Part shown: in pieces, positions 48,113 through 58,786 of the stretch
How positions within the stretch are numbered: position 1 is the stretch's first letter
Layout: every line of letters begins with the position of its first letter
Source: Eubacteriales bacterium
Lineage (GTDB): Bacteria > Bacillota > Clostridia > Oscillospirales > CAG-272
Length of the DNA stretch: 64,000 nt
Assembly: GCA_045653945.1 (NCBI GenBank)
Contig: JAZOML010000016.1
Span: forward strand, 12,344 to 76,343
Reading direction: 5' to 3'
Program-made: the position numbers and the translations under genes
The notes under the pieces: generated by a model
The model's database searches: none
What the model was told of the DNA's origin: nothing
Seen by the model: the letters and a program-made list of their open reading frames with translations, nothing else

Positions 48113-50014
48113 TTATTCCTCAGAGGGCAGATAATCTTCCCAGTTCTTGAGGTCAACATCGTTGAATATCGGATATCCGTAGAAGGTAAACTCTATATCG
48201 GACAGGTCGTTGTGGATAAGAATTGACTCCTGATATACGAATATCGGTACAACGGGCATTTCGTCAAGCAGCATTGCTTCGGCAGCGTGGAGCTTTTCCG
48301 AAAGAAGCTGGTTGTTTCCTTGAATCTTCGCCGCATACGCCTCATCAATAAGAGTATTGTAAGCAGCAGAGTTAAATCCGCTTATATGTCCTACGGGATT
48401 AAAGTTCTCATCACAGATAGAGCCGGAGAAATTAGTTGCATATCTTGAAAGTGCATAGAAAGGATCGTCAAGCGAAAGAACGTTATCAACTGCCATAACG
48501 TGAAAATCCATTCTTTCCTTAACCTCTATTTTGCTTACAACGTTCAGACCTGCATCATCGTAAACGTCAATAGGCTTTCTTGTGCCGTAAAGCATTTCGT
48601 GTTGTTTGTCGCGGTACTGGAGCAGACCGTAGTTTCCTTTGTATGCTTCTGCGCTTATCGGAACAACCTCAAAATTGAAGCCAAGCTCGTTCCAAGTCTG
48701 GGCAACCATAGTAGCAACGACATAGTCAACTACGTCGGTATCAAACGAGGTTTTTGAAAGAACAAGTTCACCCTCGTCGTTAACCTCAGAAACGGAGTTA
48801 ACCTTAACCGCAATGGTAAGCTTTCCGTAAGATTTGGGATTAATTCCCGCCGCACTAAGCTCAGAAAGAGCATCAGCAATGGAATAAGAGCTTGAAATTT
48901 TAGCCGAATTGTTATCTGCAAAGCTGCCGCCGTTCGGGTCGCCTATTCCCTTGGGAACAAATCCGGTTGATGCGTAAGCAAACACAACCTCCTCAGCGAT
49001 AGCATTACGGTCAATAACCTTGCCCAGAACCTGACGTACTACCTTGTTGTTGAAAGGCTCTTTATTAAGATTGAATATATAAGAGTGGCTTGAAAGTGTA
49101 TCAAGAACCTCCGCCTTATTCTTATACTGCTGTCTGATTTCCTTATCCATAGGAAGCTCGCTGATATAGAACAGTTTGCCGTCCTCAAAATTTCTGAGCA
49201 TTTCCTCGCTGTTAAGCTGGAAATCAACCTTTATGCAGTAGGGTGCAACGTACTTATCGGGAGCAGGCTCGCTATCCTCGTCCATAACGTCGCGGCGGTA
49301 GAACGCATTTCTTGTGAGTGTCATACCTACGCCAGGATAATAATCACGGAGAGTGAACGGACCGTTGGTTTCAAAGGTGGTACCGGTAGATGCCCAGTCA
49401 TAGTATGTCTTATCAAAGTTACGGAGCGGTACAAACGCAACGTTTGCTATCTTACGAAGGAAAACCTCGGGGTCGATAGGATGCTCAAACTCAAGAATAA
49501 GTCTGTCGTTATCCGCCGAAATACCGACGTCGCTTGGGCTGATACCTGTAGTCTTATAAGCCTTTGCGTTCTTGATATCAAAAAGGAGCGCAGCAGCATC
49601 GCTATCGAATTCGTGGTCAAGTATGCGAAGCCAAGCATAAGCAAAGTCATCAGCCGATACAGGACGCTTATCCGACCAAGCAGACGGCTTGATTTTAATA
49701 ACCATTTGATAAGTATCGTCGCTTGGATCGTCAGCAAGAACGCCGTAATCCTCCGTATAATCGTAATCATCAAGAAGCTGTTCTTCAAGGTCGCCCTCAT
49801 CATCAAGTGTAACAAGTCCTTCAAAGAGTAAGCTTACAACCTTACTTGCGCTTCTGTCGTTGTAAACGAGCGCAGGATCAAAGCAGTATACCTCGTCCGC
49901 GAGATACATGTTTATCTGTGCGCCGTACGAGCTATCCTTTGAGCAGGCTGCCATCATAGGCACAAGCATCACAAGAGCAAGCGCAAGACAAACTATTCTC
50001 GTAATTTTTTTCAT
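48113..50014 (-). CDS. Orphan peptide/nickel ABC substrate-binding lipoprotein (family 5, OppA-like)
   Basis: Lipobox MAA-C, FDPA, LFEGLV, WSD..PVSADDFAYAW.RILD, TNGPF.L, EAMLLDEMPVVPIF. ATG 50014 has GGAGG upstream. Confidence 0.85.
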   Translation of the reverse strand: MKKITRIVCLALALVMLVPMMAACSKDSSYGAQINMYLADEVYCFDPALVYNDRSASKVVSLLFEGLVTLDDEGDLEEQLLDDYDYTEDYGVLADDPSDDTYQMVIKIKPSAWSDKRPVSADDFAYAWLRILDHEFDSDAAALLFDIKNAKAYKTTGISPSDVGISADNDRLILEFEHPIDPEVFLRKIANVAFVPLRNFDKTYYDWASTGTTFETNGPFTLRDYYPGVGMTLTRNAFYRRDVMDEDSEPAPDKYVAPYCIKVDFQLNSEEMLRNFEDGKLFYISELPMDKEIRQQYKNKAEVLDTLSSHSYIFNLNKEPFNNKVVRQVLGKVIDRNAIAEEVVFAYASTGFVPKGIGDPNGGSFADNNSAKISSSYSIADALSELSAAGINPKSYGKLTIAVKVNSVSEVNDEGELVLSKTSFDTDVVDYVVATMVAQTWNELGFNFEVVPISAEAYKGNYGLLQYRDKQHEMLYGTRKPIDVYDDAGLNVVSKIEVKERMDFHVMAVDNVLSLDDPFYALSRYATNFSGSICDENFNPVGHISGFNSAAYNTLIDEAYAAKIQGNNQLLSEKLHAAEAMLLDEMPVVPIFVYQESILIHNDLSDIEFTFYGYPIFNDVDLKNWEDYLPSEE

Positions 50015-50385
50015 CTTAATTCCTCCTGAACATTTTAAGGAAATATATTCGTACAAAGTATTATACCATTATTTTTTTTATTTTTCAATAATAATTTTAT
50101 TTTCCGCGTAAAACCAACCAAACTTTGGACAATTGCACAATTTACCTCTCCATTTTTTGGTTACAATAACAATAATTAATTATACACAAAAAAAGAATGA
50201 TTTTCTTTATTAGCGCATAAAAAAACTCCCGTCGCAGATAATAAATCGGCAATGCAGTATCAATAACAAACAGGGGAGCATTGAAACGGCACAAAAAATA
50301 ACGTAAAAATACTATTTCAGGCATTTCAATCGCACCCGTAACCCGTAATAACGCAAATAATCCAACAAAAAGCGAGTCCAAATTT

Positions 50386-50559
50386 ATGAAAAAAATTACA
50401 CGTTTTTTACTTACCGTCTGCTTTGTTTTAGGCATCGCCGCCCCCGTTTTAAGCCCACACGTGGCACTAATTTATGCGCAAATTGAGGAATTCGCTCTTT
50501 ATCTGATTCCCGACGAAATCGAGGAGCTCATCTCCGCATTGAACGAAAAGCTAGCCTAA
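50386..50559 (+). CDS. Small 57-aa protein with a signal-peptide-like N-terminus (below the ORF-track cutoff)
   Basis: MKKITRFLLTVCFVLGIAAPVLSPHVALIYAQIEEFALYLIPDEIEELISALNEKLA*, followed by a terminator; RBS weak. Confidence 0.5.
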   Translation: MKKITRFLLTVCFVLGIAAPVLSPHVALIYAQIEEFALYLIPDEIEELISALNEKLA

Positions 50560-50582
50560 ACACTTTAAAATGTCTTAAAACA

Positions 50583-50614
50583 CAAAAAATCGCCATACGT
50601 ATGGCGATTTTTTG
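50583..50614. terminator. Bidirectional terminator
   Basis: CAAAAAATCGCCAT-acgt-ATGGCGATTTTTTG. Confidence 0.85.
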
Positions 50615-51856
50615 TTATTTATCGTCCGAATTCTTTGGTAGCGACTGCATATATTTGTGCATAGTTTCAGCGACAACCTTGCTATGCGCAACCGCTTCAA
50701 CAACCGTCCTTGCTCCAAGAACAACGTCTCCACTTGCAAAAACTCCGGGACGGGTAGTGTTACCGAATTCATCGGCTTTAAGCAGTCCGCTATCGCCCGT
50801 AACAAGTCCCGTAGTGGACTTAACAATAACGTTTTGTGGGCCTTGACTTATCGAAACGATAACGCTGTCCGCCTCATAAAGCTTTTCTGTACCCTCAATA
50901 TCGGTAAACGTGCCGTCCTCATTTTCAATAACGTCGCAAAAAATTACACCCTCGTCAACTATCTCAACAGGACGCTTGTTGTACTCAAACTGCACACCCT
51001 CAAGCTTTGCGTAGCTATACTCGTAATTACTTGCCGCCACCTTTTGGGTTATAGAAAAGCAGGTAAGGTACTCCGTTCCGTGTCTTATTGCCGTCCTTGC
51101 GACGTCCATAGCCGCATTGCCCGCGCCAATAACTATAACCCTTTGTCCGAGCTTAAAGGCACTGGGCTTGTTAAGATAATTTATACCGAAATGCACGTGT
51201 CCAAGAGTTTCGCCCTTGATGTGCAGAGCCTTTGGCTTCCACACACCCGTACCTATAAATATTGCATTGTAGCCGTCGCGGAAAAGGTCGTCAATTCCGA
51301 TAGCACCGCCAATGTGAGTGTTAGGTCTTATCTTGATACCCTTCATTTCAATATGGCGGTACTGAATATCGTCAAGCACTGCCTTTGGCAGGCGGAAATC
51401 GGGGATACCGTAACGAAGAACTCCGCCAATCTCACCCTTGTTTTCAAAAATGGTTACCTTGTAGCCGTATCGAGCCAAAATTATAGCAATCGTGATACCC
51501 GCAGGGCCTGAGCCGACAATAGCCACACGCATACCGTTCCAAGGCTTTGGGCCCTTTGTCATCTTCGGTGCATATGTGCGTGAAATGTACTGCTCTATCG
51601 TCGAAAAATGAACGGGGACTCCCTTTTTACCAAGCACGCAGTGCCCCTCGCACTGATTTTCGTGGTTGCAAATCAGCGAGCAAACGGTGGTAAGCGGATT
51701 GTTGTGAAACAGTATGCTACCCGCCTCATCAAGCTTGTTTTCCTTTAACAGAGCGATAACCTGCGGTATGGGAGTCGCAATAGGACAGCCCTTTACACAC
51801 TGCGGATTTTTACATTGAAGGCAGCGAACTGCCTCGTCCATAACGTGAAGTGCCAT
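50615..51856 (-). CDS. GltD/SudA/NfnB-like NAD(P)-dependent Fe-S flavoprotein oxidoreductase
   Basis: EAVRCLQCKNPQCVKGCP, CSLICNHENQCEGHC, VGSGPAG, GGVLRYGIPDFRLPK, IGAGNAAMD, GDVV.GARTVV. ATG 51856 has AAGGAAG upstream. Confidence 0.85.
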   Translation of the reverse strand: MALHVMDEAVRCLQCKNPQCVKGCPIATPIPQVIALLKENKLDEAGSILFHNNPLTTVCSLICNHENQCEGHCVLGKKGVPVHFSTIEQYISRTYAPKMTKGPKPWNGMRVAIVGSGPAGITIAIILARYGYKVTIFENKGEIGGVLRYGIPDFRLPKAVLDDIQYRHIEMKGIKIRPNTHIGGAIGIDDLFRDGYNAIFIGTGVWKPKALHIKGETLGHVHFGINYLNKPSAFKLGQRVIVIGAGNAAMDVARTAIRHGTEYLTCFSITQKVAASNYEYSYAKLEGVQFEYNKRPVEIVDEGVIFCDVIENEDGTFTDIEGTEKLYEADSVIVSISQGPQNVIVKSTTGLVTGDSGLLKADEFGNTTRPGVFASGDVVLGARTVVEAVAHSKVVAETMHKYMQSLPKNSDDK

Positions 51857-51942
51857 ATTTTCTTCCTTTTTTACTTTATTTTCAATAATTATTATAACAA
51901 ATCTATAATTATAAATCAATATAAAAATTTATCCAAATAATT

Positions 51943-51971
51943 AAAAAAACACACCACACGGTGTGTTTTTT
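51943..51971. terminator. Terminator at the end of the ilv operon
   Basis: A7-CACACC-acac-GGTGTG-T6. Confidence 0.8.
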
Positions 51972-52021
51972 AATTTCAGCTTTCAATTAAAGTAAGCTTC
52001 ACCGTTCTTTGATGCTTGGCA

Positions 52022-53089
52022 TCAAAGAACAACGCTCCAACCAAACGGATCGGCTACCTTTCCGGTCTGAATACCGGTTACGGTGTCGTAAATTCTTTGG
52101 CTGATTGCACCGATACCGCCGTCAGCGATAGTCATAACGTCGTCCTTGTAGCGAAGCTTACCGACAGGCGAGATAACCGCCGCTGTACCCGTACCGAAGC
52201 ACTCGGTCATAGCGCCTGACTTTTGTGCCGCAATAAGCTCGTCAACGGAAATCTTGCGTTCCTCAACCTCAAGTCCCCAGCTCTTGCAAAGGGTGATAAC
52301 CGAATCGCGAGTGATACCGGGCAGGATACTTCCGTTAAGCATAGGAGTTACAACCTTGTTATCAATTACAAAGAAAATGTTCATCGCACCGACCTCTTCG
52401 ATGTACTTGCGCTCAACACCGTCGAGCCAAAGCACCTGAGAGTAGCCGTCATCGTGAGCCTTTACCTGACCTGCAAGAGATGCGGCGTAGTTACCGCCGG
52501 TCTTTGCAAAGCCCATACCGCCCTTAACGGCTCTTACGTAATCGTCCTCTATCCAGATACCAACGGGAGCAAGTCCACTTGCATAGTAAGCGCCCGAGGG
52601 AGAAAGAATTACCATAAAGAGGTATGTCTTTGAGGGAGCAACACCGAGAAATTCGTCGGTTGCTATAACAAACGGTCTGATGTAAAGCGATGTGCCTGCC
52701 TCGGTGGGTATCCAATCCTTTTCGACCTTAACCAGCTCCTTTACCGCCTGAACAAAATCCTCCTCTGGAATTTCGGGAATACAAAGACGCTTGTTTGATA
52801 CGTTTGCTCTCCTTGCGTTCATTTCGGGGCGGAAAAGTCTTACCTCTCCATCCTCGTTTCTATATGCCTTTAAGCCCTCAAACATAGTCTGACCGTAGTG
52901 GAAAACCATAGCAGTAGGAGCAAGAGAAATGTTCTGATAGGGAACAATTCTTGCATCGTGCCAGCCCTTACCCTCGGTATAATTCATAATAAACATATGG
53001 TCGGTGGTAATTCTACCAAAGCCGAGCGGAGCGCCCTTTTCGGGCTTTGCTTTAAGCTCCTTTGAAAGCTCATATTTAATGTTAAGCAT
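52022..53089 (-). CDS. ilvE: Branched-chain amino acid aminotransferase
   Basis: FGRITTDHMF, HYGQTMFEGLKAY, YIRPF, KTGGNYAA, EEVGAMN, ILPGITR, GTAAVISP. Confidence 0.95.
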   Translation of the reverse strand: MLNIKYELSKELKAKPEKGAPLGFGRITTDHMFIMNYTEGKGWHDARIVPYQNISLAPTAMVFHYGQTMFEGLKAYRNEDGEVRLFRPEMNARRANVSNKRLCIPEIPEEDFVQAVKELVKVEKDWIPTEAGTSLYIRPFVIATDEFLGVAPSKTYLFMVILSPSGAYYASGLAPVGIWIEDDYVRAVKGGMGFAKTGGNYAASLAGQVKAHDDGYSQVLWLDGVERKYIEEVGAMNIFFVIDNKVVTPMLNGSILPGITRDSVITLCKSWGLEVEERKISVDELIAAQKSGAMTECFGTGTAAVISPVGKLRYKDDVMTIADGGIGAISQRIYDTVTGIQTGKVADPFGWSVVL

Positions 53090-53172
53090 AGCTATATCCT
53101 TCTTTCGTAATGAAATTTACGTTTTTGAAAAGTTGCGCCGTTTGATATGCTCACACACGCTTTGCGACGCCT

Positions 53173-53198
53173 TTTGCCTGCAGGCGTTTACCTGCTTA
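53173..53198 (-). repeat. Family B stop-codon hairpin, copy 2 (ilvD)
   Basis: TAA-GCAGGT-aaac-GCCTGC-AGGCAAA. Confidence 0.8.
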
Positions 53199-54863
53199 AT
53201 CAACGGTAAGCACCGCACCCTTGTCGGCAGATGTAACCATTTTTGCATACTTTTTGAGATATCCCTTGATGCCGTCCTTAACCTTTATTGGCATTTCAGC
53301 CTTACGCTTAGCCATTTCCTCATCGGAAACAAGAAGATTTATGGTGTAATTGGGAATATCAATTTCAATCATATCGCCTTCCTTGACATAAGCGATAGGT
53401 CCGCCGTTAGCCGCTTCGGGAGAAACGTGTCCGATTGATGCGCCGCGCGTAGCACCGGAGAAACGTCCGTCGGTGATAAGAGCAACCTCTTTATCAAGTC
53501 CCATACCGGCAATAGCCGAGGTAGGCGAAAGCATTTCTCTCATACCCGGGCCGCCCGCAGGGCCTTCGTAGCGTATAACAACAACGTCGCCGCTCTTTAT
53601 CTTTGCATTATAAATAGCATCGATAGCCTCTTCCTCCCTGTCAAACACACGGGCAGGGCCTGTATGAACGAGCATTTCGGGAGCAACTGCACTTCTCTTA
53701 ACCGCTGCGCCGTTAGGTGCAAGCGAGCCGAAAAGCACTGCAAGTCCGCCGGTCTTGGAATACGGAGCGTCAATATCCTTGATAACCTCGTGATTTAAGG
53801 GAAGAATACCATCAATATTCTCGCCAACCGTCTTTCCGCTAACGGTCATACAGCTACGGTCAAGCATATTCTTTTTGTTAAGCTCACCCATTACCGCATA
53901 AACGCCGCCAACGGCAGTAAGGTCCTGCATATGATGATGTCCTGCGGGAGCAAGATGGCAAAGGTTAGGTGTAGCCTCGCTGATTTCGTTTACCTTGTGC
54001 AAATCAAAGGTAACGCCAGCCTCGTGAGCGATAGCAACGAGGTGAAGGAGCGAGTTTGACGAGCAGCCAAGAGCCATATCTACCTTAAATGCGTTTTCAA
54101 AAGCTGCCTCGGTCATAATGTCGAGCGGCTTTATATCACGCTGCACAAGCTCAAGTATCTTTTCGCCCGCCGACTTAGCAAGACGCTGACGTGCGGCGTA
54201 AACCGCAGGAACAGTACCGTTACCTCTGAGAGCCATTCCCAGAGCCTCACAAAGACAATTCATTGAGTTTGCGGTGAACATACCCGAGCAGGAGCCGCAT
54301 CCGGGACAGGCATTTTCTTCAAAATAGTTAAGACGGTTCTCGTCGATTGTGCCGTTTTTGATAGCGCCGACTGCCTCGAAAACGGAATTAAGGTCCATAG
54401 CCTTGCCCTCGTCCGAGCAAAGCGAAAGCATAGGTCCGCCCGAGCAGAATATCGACGGTATGTTAAGTCTTGCGGCAGCAAGAAGCATACCGGGGACAAT
54501 CTTATCGCAGTTGGGGATAAATACAAGTCCGTCAAAGCAGTGAGCCTTAGCCATACACTCAACGCTATCCGCAATAATCTCACGGGTAACGAGTGAATAC
54601 TTCATACCCTCGTGTCCCATAGCAAGACCGTCGCAAACACCGATAACGTTGAATTCCATAGGAGTTCCGCCTGCGGCAAGAACGCCGTCCTTTACAGCTC
54701 TTGCAATAGTTTGAAGATGAATATGACCGGGTATAACCTCGTTAAACGAGTTAACGATACCGATAAGAGGCTTTCTTATCTGGTTATCCGTCATACCCAT
54801 AGCCTTAAGCAGTGATCTTTGGGGCGCTCTTTCAACGCCTGTTTTCATTTTATCGCTAATCAT
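53196..54863 (-). CDS. ilvD: Dihydroxy-acid dehydratase
   Basis: [50 protein letters not shown]. Confidence 0.95.
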   Translation of the reverse strand: MISDKMKTGVERAPQRSLLKAMGMTDNQIRKPLIGIVNSFNEVIPGHIHLQTIARAVKDGVLAAGGTPMEFNVIGVCDGLAMGHEGMKYSLVTREIIADSVECMAKAHCFDGLVFIPNCDKIVPGMLLAAARLNIPSIFCSGGPMLSLCSDEGKAMDLNSVFEAVGAIKNGTIDENRLNYFEENACPGCGSCSGMFTANSMNCLCEALGMALRGNGTVPAVYAARQRLAKSAGEKILELVQRDIKPLDIMTEAAFENAFKVDMALGCSSNSLLHLVAIAHEAGVTFDLHKVNEISEATPNLCHLAPAGHHHMQDLTAVGGVYAVMGELNKKNMLDRSCMTVSGKTVGENIDGILPLNHEVIKDIDAPYSKTGGLAVLFGSLAPNGAAVKRSAVAPEMLVHTGPARVFDREEEAIDAIYNAKIKSGDVVVIRYEGPAGGPGMREMLSPTSAIAGMGLDKEVALITDGRFSGATRGASIGHVSPEAANGGPIAYVKEGDMIEIDIPNYTINLLVSDEEMAKRKAEMPIKVKDGIKGYLKKYAKMVTSADKGAVLTVD

Positions 54864-55041
54864 TTGTTTATCTCCAATGGTAAAATATTAAGTCCGAAAG
54901 CGCAGCAAAAAAACTAAATTTTATTCACCGTCTTTCGGACTAATATGATATTACATTATGATTTCGGGAGCAGATTTCTCCACTCTGTTAATCCGAAAAA
55001 CTTACTTTATATTTCAAATAGAGCACCGTGCGGTAGCACTA

Positions 55042-55064
55042 TTTGCCTGCAGGTGCGTACCTGC

Positions 55065-55067
<3 letters not shown>
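55042..55067 (-). repeat. Family B stop-codon hairpin, copy 3 (ilvC)
   Basis: TAA-GCAGGT-acgc-ACCTGC-AGGCAAA. Confidence 0.8.
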
Positions 55068-56120
<1,053 letters not shown>

Positions 56121-56152
56121 TTAATTTCATAATTTTTGGCTTTGTGTAAATT

Positions 56153-56668
56153 TTAATGCTCCGGTATATAACCCGAGGATTTCAAGGTCGTTGTTCCTCT
56201 GTCAACCGAAATAAGTCCAGTACGGCAAATTTCAAGTATTCCGTAATCCGCCATAAGGTCGATAAATGCGCCGAGCTTATTGCCGTCGCCCGTAACCTCA
56301 ATTGAAAGAGCGTCCTTGTGATAGTCGATTATGCTGTTTCTGAATACCGTAACCGCATCGATTATCTCGCTTCTCGTTTCGCTTGTGGTTTTTACCTTAA
56401 TGATTATAAGCTCACGGTTGACCGAGCTTTCGGGAGCCATTTCCTTGATTTCTCTTACGTCGTGTATCTTGGAAAGCTGTCTTATAATTTGGTCGCGAGC
56501 CGCATCGTCGCCCATCATAACGATAGTCATTCTTGAAATGCCGGGGGTTTCGGTTACGCCAACGGTAAGGCTTTCAATGTTGAAGCTTCTGCGTGAGAAC
56601 ATACCCGAAATTCTTGTAAGAGCACCCGACTTGTCGGAAACAAGAAGTCCGATTATAAATCTTTTCAT
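56153..56668 (-). CDS. ilvN: Acetolactate synthase small (regulatory) subunit
   Basis: ACT domain GALTRISGMFSRRSFNIESL, RELIIIKV, EICRTG. Confidence 0.92.
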   Translation of the reverse strand: MKRFIIGLLVSDKSGALTRISGMFSRRSFNIESLTVGVTETPGISRMTIVMMGDDAARDQIIRQLSKIHDVREIKEMAPESSVNRELIIIKVKTTSETRSEIIDAVTVFRNSIIDYHKDALSIEVTGDGNKLGAFIDLMADYGILEICRTGLISVDRGTTTLKSSGYIPEH

Positions 56669-56830
56669 GCTCCTCTCCTTTCTGCTGCCGAAAGGCAGCT
56701 ACACAAATATTAAACGAATTTTCTGTGTTTTGCGGTGCAAAACAAAAGGCGGTGCCTTTTAAGGAAATTCGAGGCGTGAAAAATCTTAATTTTGAATTTA
56801 CACAAATAAAACTTTCACGCATTTCCTCCT

Positions 56831-58495
56831 TTAATCAAGCTTAAGCTGCTCAAAGCTCTGTCCGGGCGGTATCATCGGAAGAACACGCTCGTCCTTCTCG
56901 ATAAGACAGTCAACGATAACAGGGCCGTTGGTTGCAAACGCCTCGTCAAGCGCCGCCGCAAGACTCTCATCGTCGTAAGCGCGAAGTCCCTTTGCGCCAA
57001 ACGCCTCGGCAAGCTTTACAAAGTCAACCGCTCTGCCAAGAGTTGTTGACGAATAGCGCTTTCCGTAGAACATTGTTTGCCACTGACGGACGTTACCAAG
57101 AACAGTATTATTCATTATAACGACGGTAACGGGAAGTCCCTGAGATACCATAGTCATAGTTTCATTTAAGTTCATACCGAAGCTGCCGTCGCCAGTAACA
57201 AGTACGGTGTGCTGACCTGTTGCAACCGCCGCGCCGATAGCTGCGCCCATACCAAAGCCCATAGTACCAAGACCGCCGCTCGTTAAGAAGCGTCTTGTCT
57301 TTCTTACCCTGTATCTTTGCGAGGTCCAAAGCTGATGCTGACCAACGTCGGTGGCAAGTGGCATATCGGGGGTGGTTCTCTCGCTTATTGCATCGAGAAT
57401 TTTGTAGGGTGTAAGCTTCTCGCTTATAAACGGTGGCTTATGCTCGTTTTCGTATGCCTTGTAGCGCTTGATTTCCTCGCCCCACTCCTCGTGCTTTGCC
57501 TCGGAAACGAGGGGAAGCAGCTTTTCAAGAGCATACTTTAAATCACTCTGAACACCAAGGTCAACCTTTATGTTCTTGTTTATTTCAGCTATATCAACGT
57601 CGATGTGAAGTATCTTCTTACCCTTTGAGAACTTTGACTTATCTCCCGTAGCTCTGTCGGAAAAACGTGCGCCGAGAGTTATCATAAGGTCGCACTCCTT
57701 TAGCGCCCTGCTTGAGGCGTATCTGCCGTGCATACCAATCATACCGAGATTTCTATACTCATCAGCACTGACTGCGGAAAGTCCCATCATAGAGCAACCA
57801 ACGTATGCGTCAACCTTGTTTGCAAGGTCAAGAACCTCTTTTTCTGCTCCCGAAATGACTGCGCCGCCGCCGCAAATAATAAACGGACGTTTGCTCTCGT
57901 TTATCATCTTTGCCGCCTTTGCTATCTCATCGTCAGTAGCCTTTACGCTCTCGTAAGGCTCAACTACCGCCACAGGCTCGTATTCGCACTCCGCAATTTG
58001 TACGTCCTTGGGAATATCCACAAGTACAGGGCCGGGTCTGCCCGATTTTGCAATCTTGAACGCTTCGCGTATAGTGTCCGCAAGCTCGGTTACGTCTGAA
58101 ACAACGTAGTTGTGCTTGGTAATAGGGAGCGTTACTCCCATTATGTCAACCTCTTGGAACGAATCACGTCCGAACATACTGTGCGGAACGTTACCCGTTA
58201 TAGCAACCATAGGGACGCTATCAAGATAAGCATTCGCTATACCTGTTACAAGGTTGGTAGCGCCGGGGCCCGAGGTTGCAAGAACAACGCCAACTTTTCC
58301 GCTCGCTCTTGCGTAGCCGTCAGCTGCGTGAGATGCGCCCTGCTCGTGAGCCGTGATTATATGCTTTATTCTGTCGGAGTTTAAATACAGCTCGTCATAT
58401 ATATTCAGAACTGCTCCGCCGGGGTATCCGAAAATAACCTCGGTACCCTGCTCGATGAGAGTTTCGATTAATATTCTTGCTCCCGATAATTTCAT
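56831..58495 (-). CDS. ilvB: Acetolactate synthase large subunit
   Basis: FGYPGGAVL, HEQGASHAADGYAR, TSGPGATN, GMHG, DVGQHQ, SGGLGTMGFG, GDGSFGMN. Confidence 0.95.
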   Translation of the reverse strand: MKLSGARILIETLIEQGTEVIFGYPGGAVLNIYDELYLNSDRIKHIITAHEQGASHAADGYARASGKVGVVLATSGPGATNLVTGIANAYLDSVPMVAITGNVPHSMFGRDSFQEVDIMGVTLPITKHNYVVSDVTELADTIREAFKIAKSGRPGPVLVDIPKDVQIAECEYEPVAVVEPYESVKATDDEIAKAAKMINESKRPFIICGGGAVISGAEKEVLDLANKVDAYVGCSMMGLSAVSADEYRNLGMIGMHGRYASSRALKECDLMITLGARFSDRATGDKSKFSKGKKILHIDVDIAEINKNIKVDLGVQSDLKYALEKLLPLVSEAKHEEWGEEIKRYKAYENEHKPPFISEKLTPYKILDAISERTTPDMPLATDVGQHQLWTSQRYRVRKTRRFLTSGGLGTMGFGMGAAIGAAVATGQHTVLVTGDGSFGMNLNETMTMVSQGLPVTVVIMNNTVLGNVRQWQTMFYGKRYSSTTLGRAVDFVKLAEAFGAKGLRAYDDESLAAALDEAFATNGPVIVDCLIEKDERVLPMIPPGQSFEQLKLD

Positions 58496-58504
58496 ATTCT
58501 TCTC

Positions 58505-58549
58505 GCTTTCTTGCAGAAAGTCCGGCAAAAGCTTTTATACAGCTTCGCC
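58505..58549 (+). repeat. Family A copy 9 (10 nt before the ilvB ATG)
   Basis: GCTTTCT-tgc-AGAAAGT-CCGGCAAAAGCTTTT-ATACAGCTTCGCC. Confidence 0.75.
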
Positions 58550-58786
58550 AAAAGCCTTCTTATGCTGTTTTTTTCTACGATGTGTGTGAATTTCACACTG
58601 AATAATTTATATACACCTGCGGTTGCCACTCGGCTTCCGCAAAACGGATTTTATTTTATCACAAATAAATACAAATTTCAACACCTATTTATATAAATTA
58701 ATAATCGCGAATCATAAATGTTCTTTTTTTGCATCAAGTTGTTAATTTATTTGGATACAAAAACGAATATTCTCATTTTTTATTCA

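Noticed and set aside
50142-50435. 97-aa minus-strand ORF
   Set aside because: No RBS or family signal; overlaps the better-supported 57-aa ORF and the likely promoter region.
54900-54915. Possible 13th family A copy (GAAAGCGCAGCAAAAAAACT)
   Set aside because: Too degenerate; lacks the characteristic hairpin and tail.
56574-56822. 82-aa ORF starting after the ilvB stop
   Set aside because: The ATG is only 2 nt from AGGAGG and the ORF runs out of frame into ilvN; the GTG mini-ORF fits the RBS better.
58530-58780. T-box riboswitch upstream of ilvB
   Set aside because: No T-box sequence (TGG..ACC bulge), specifier stem or terminator found.
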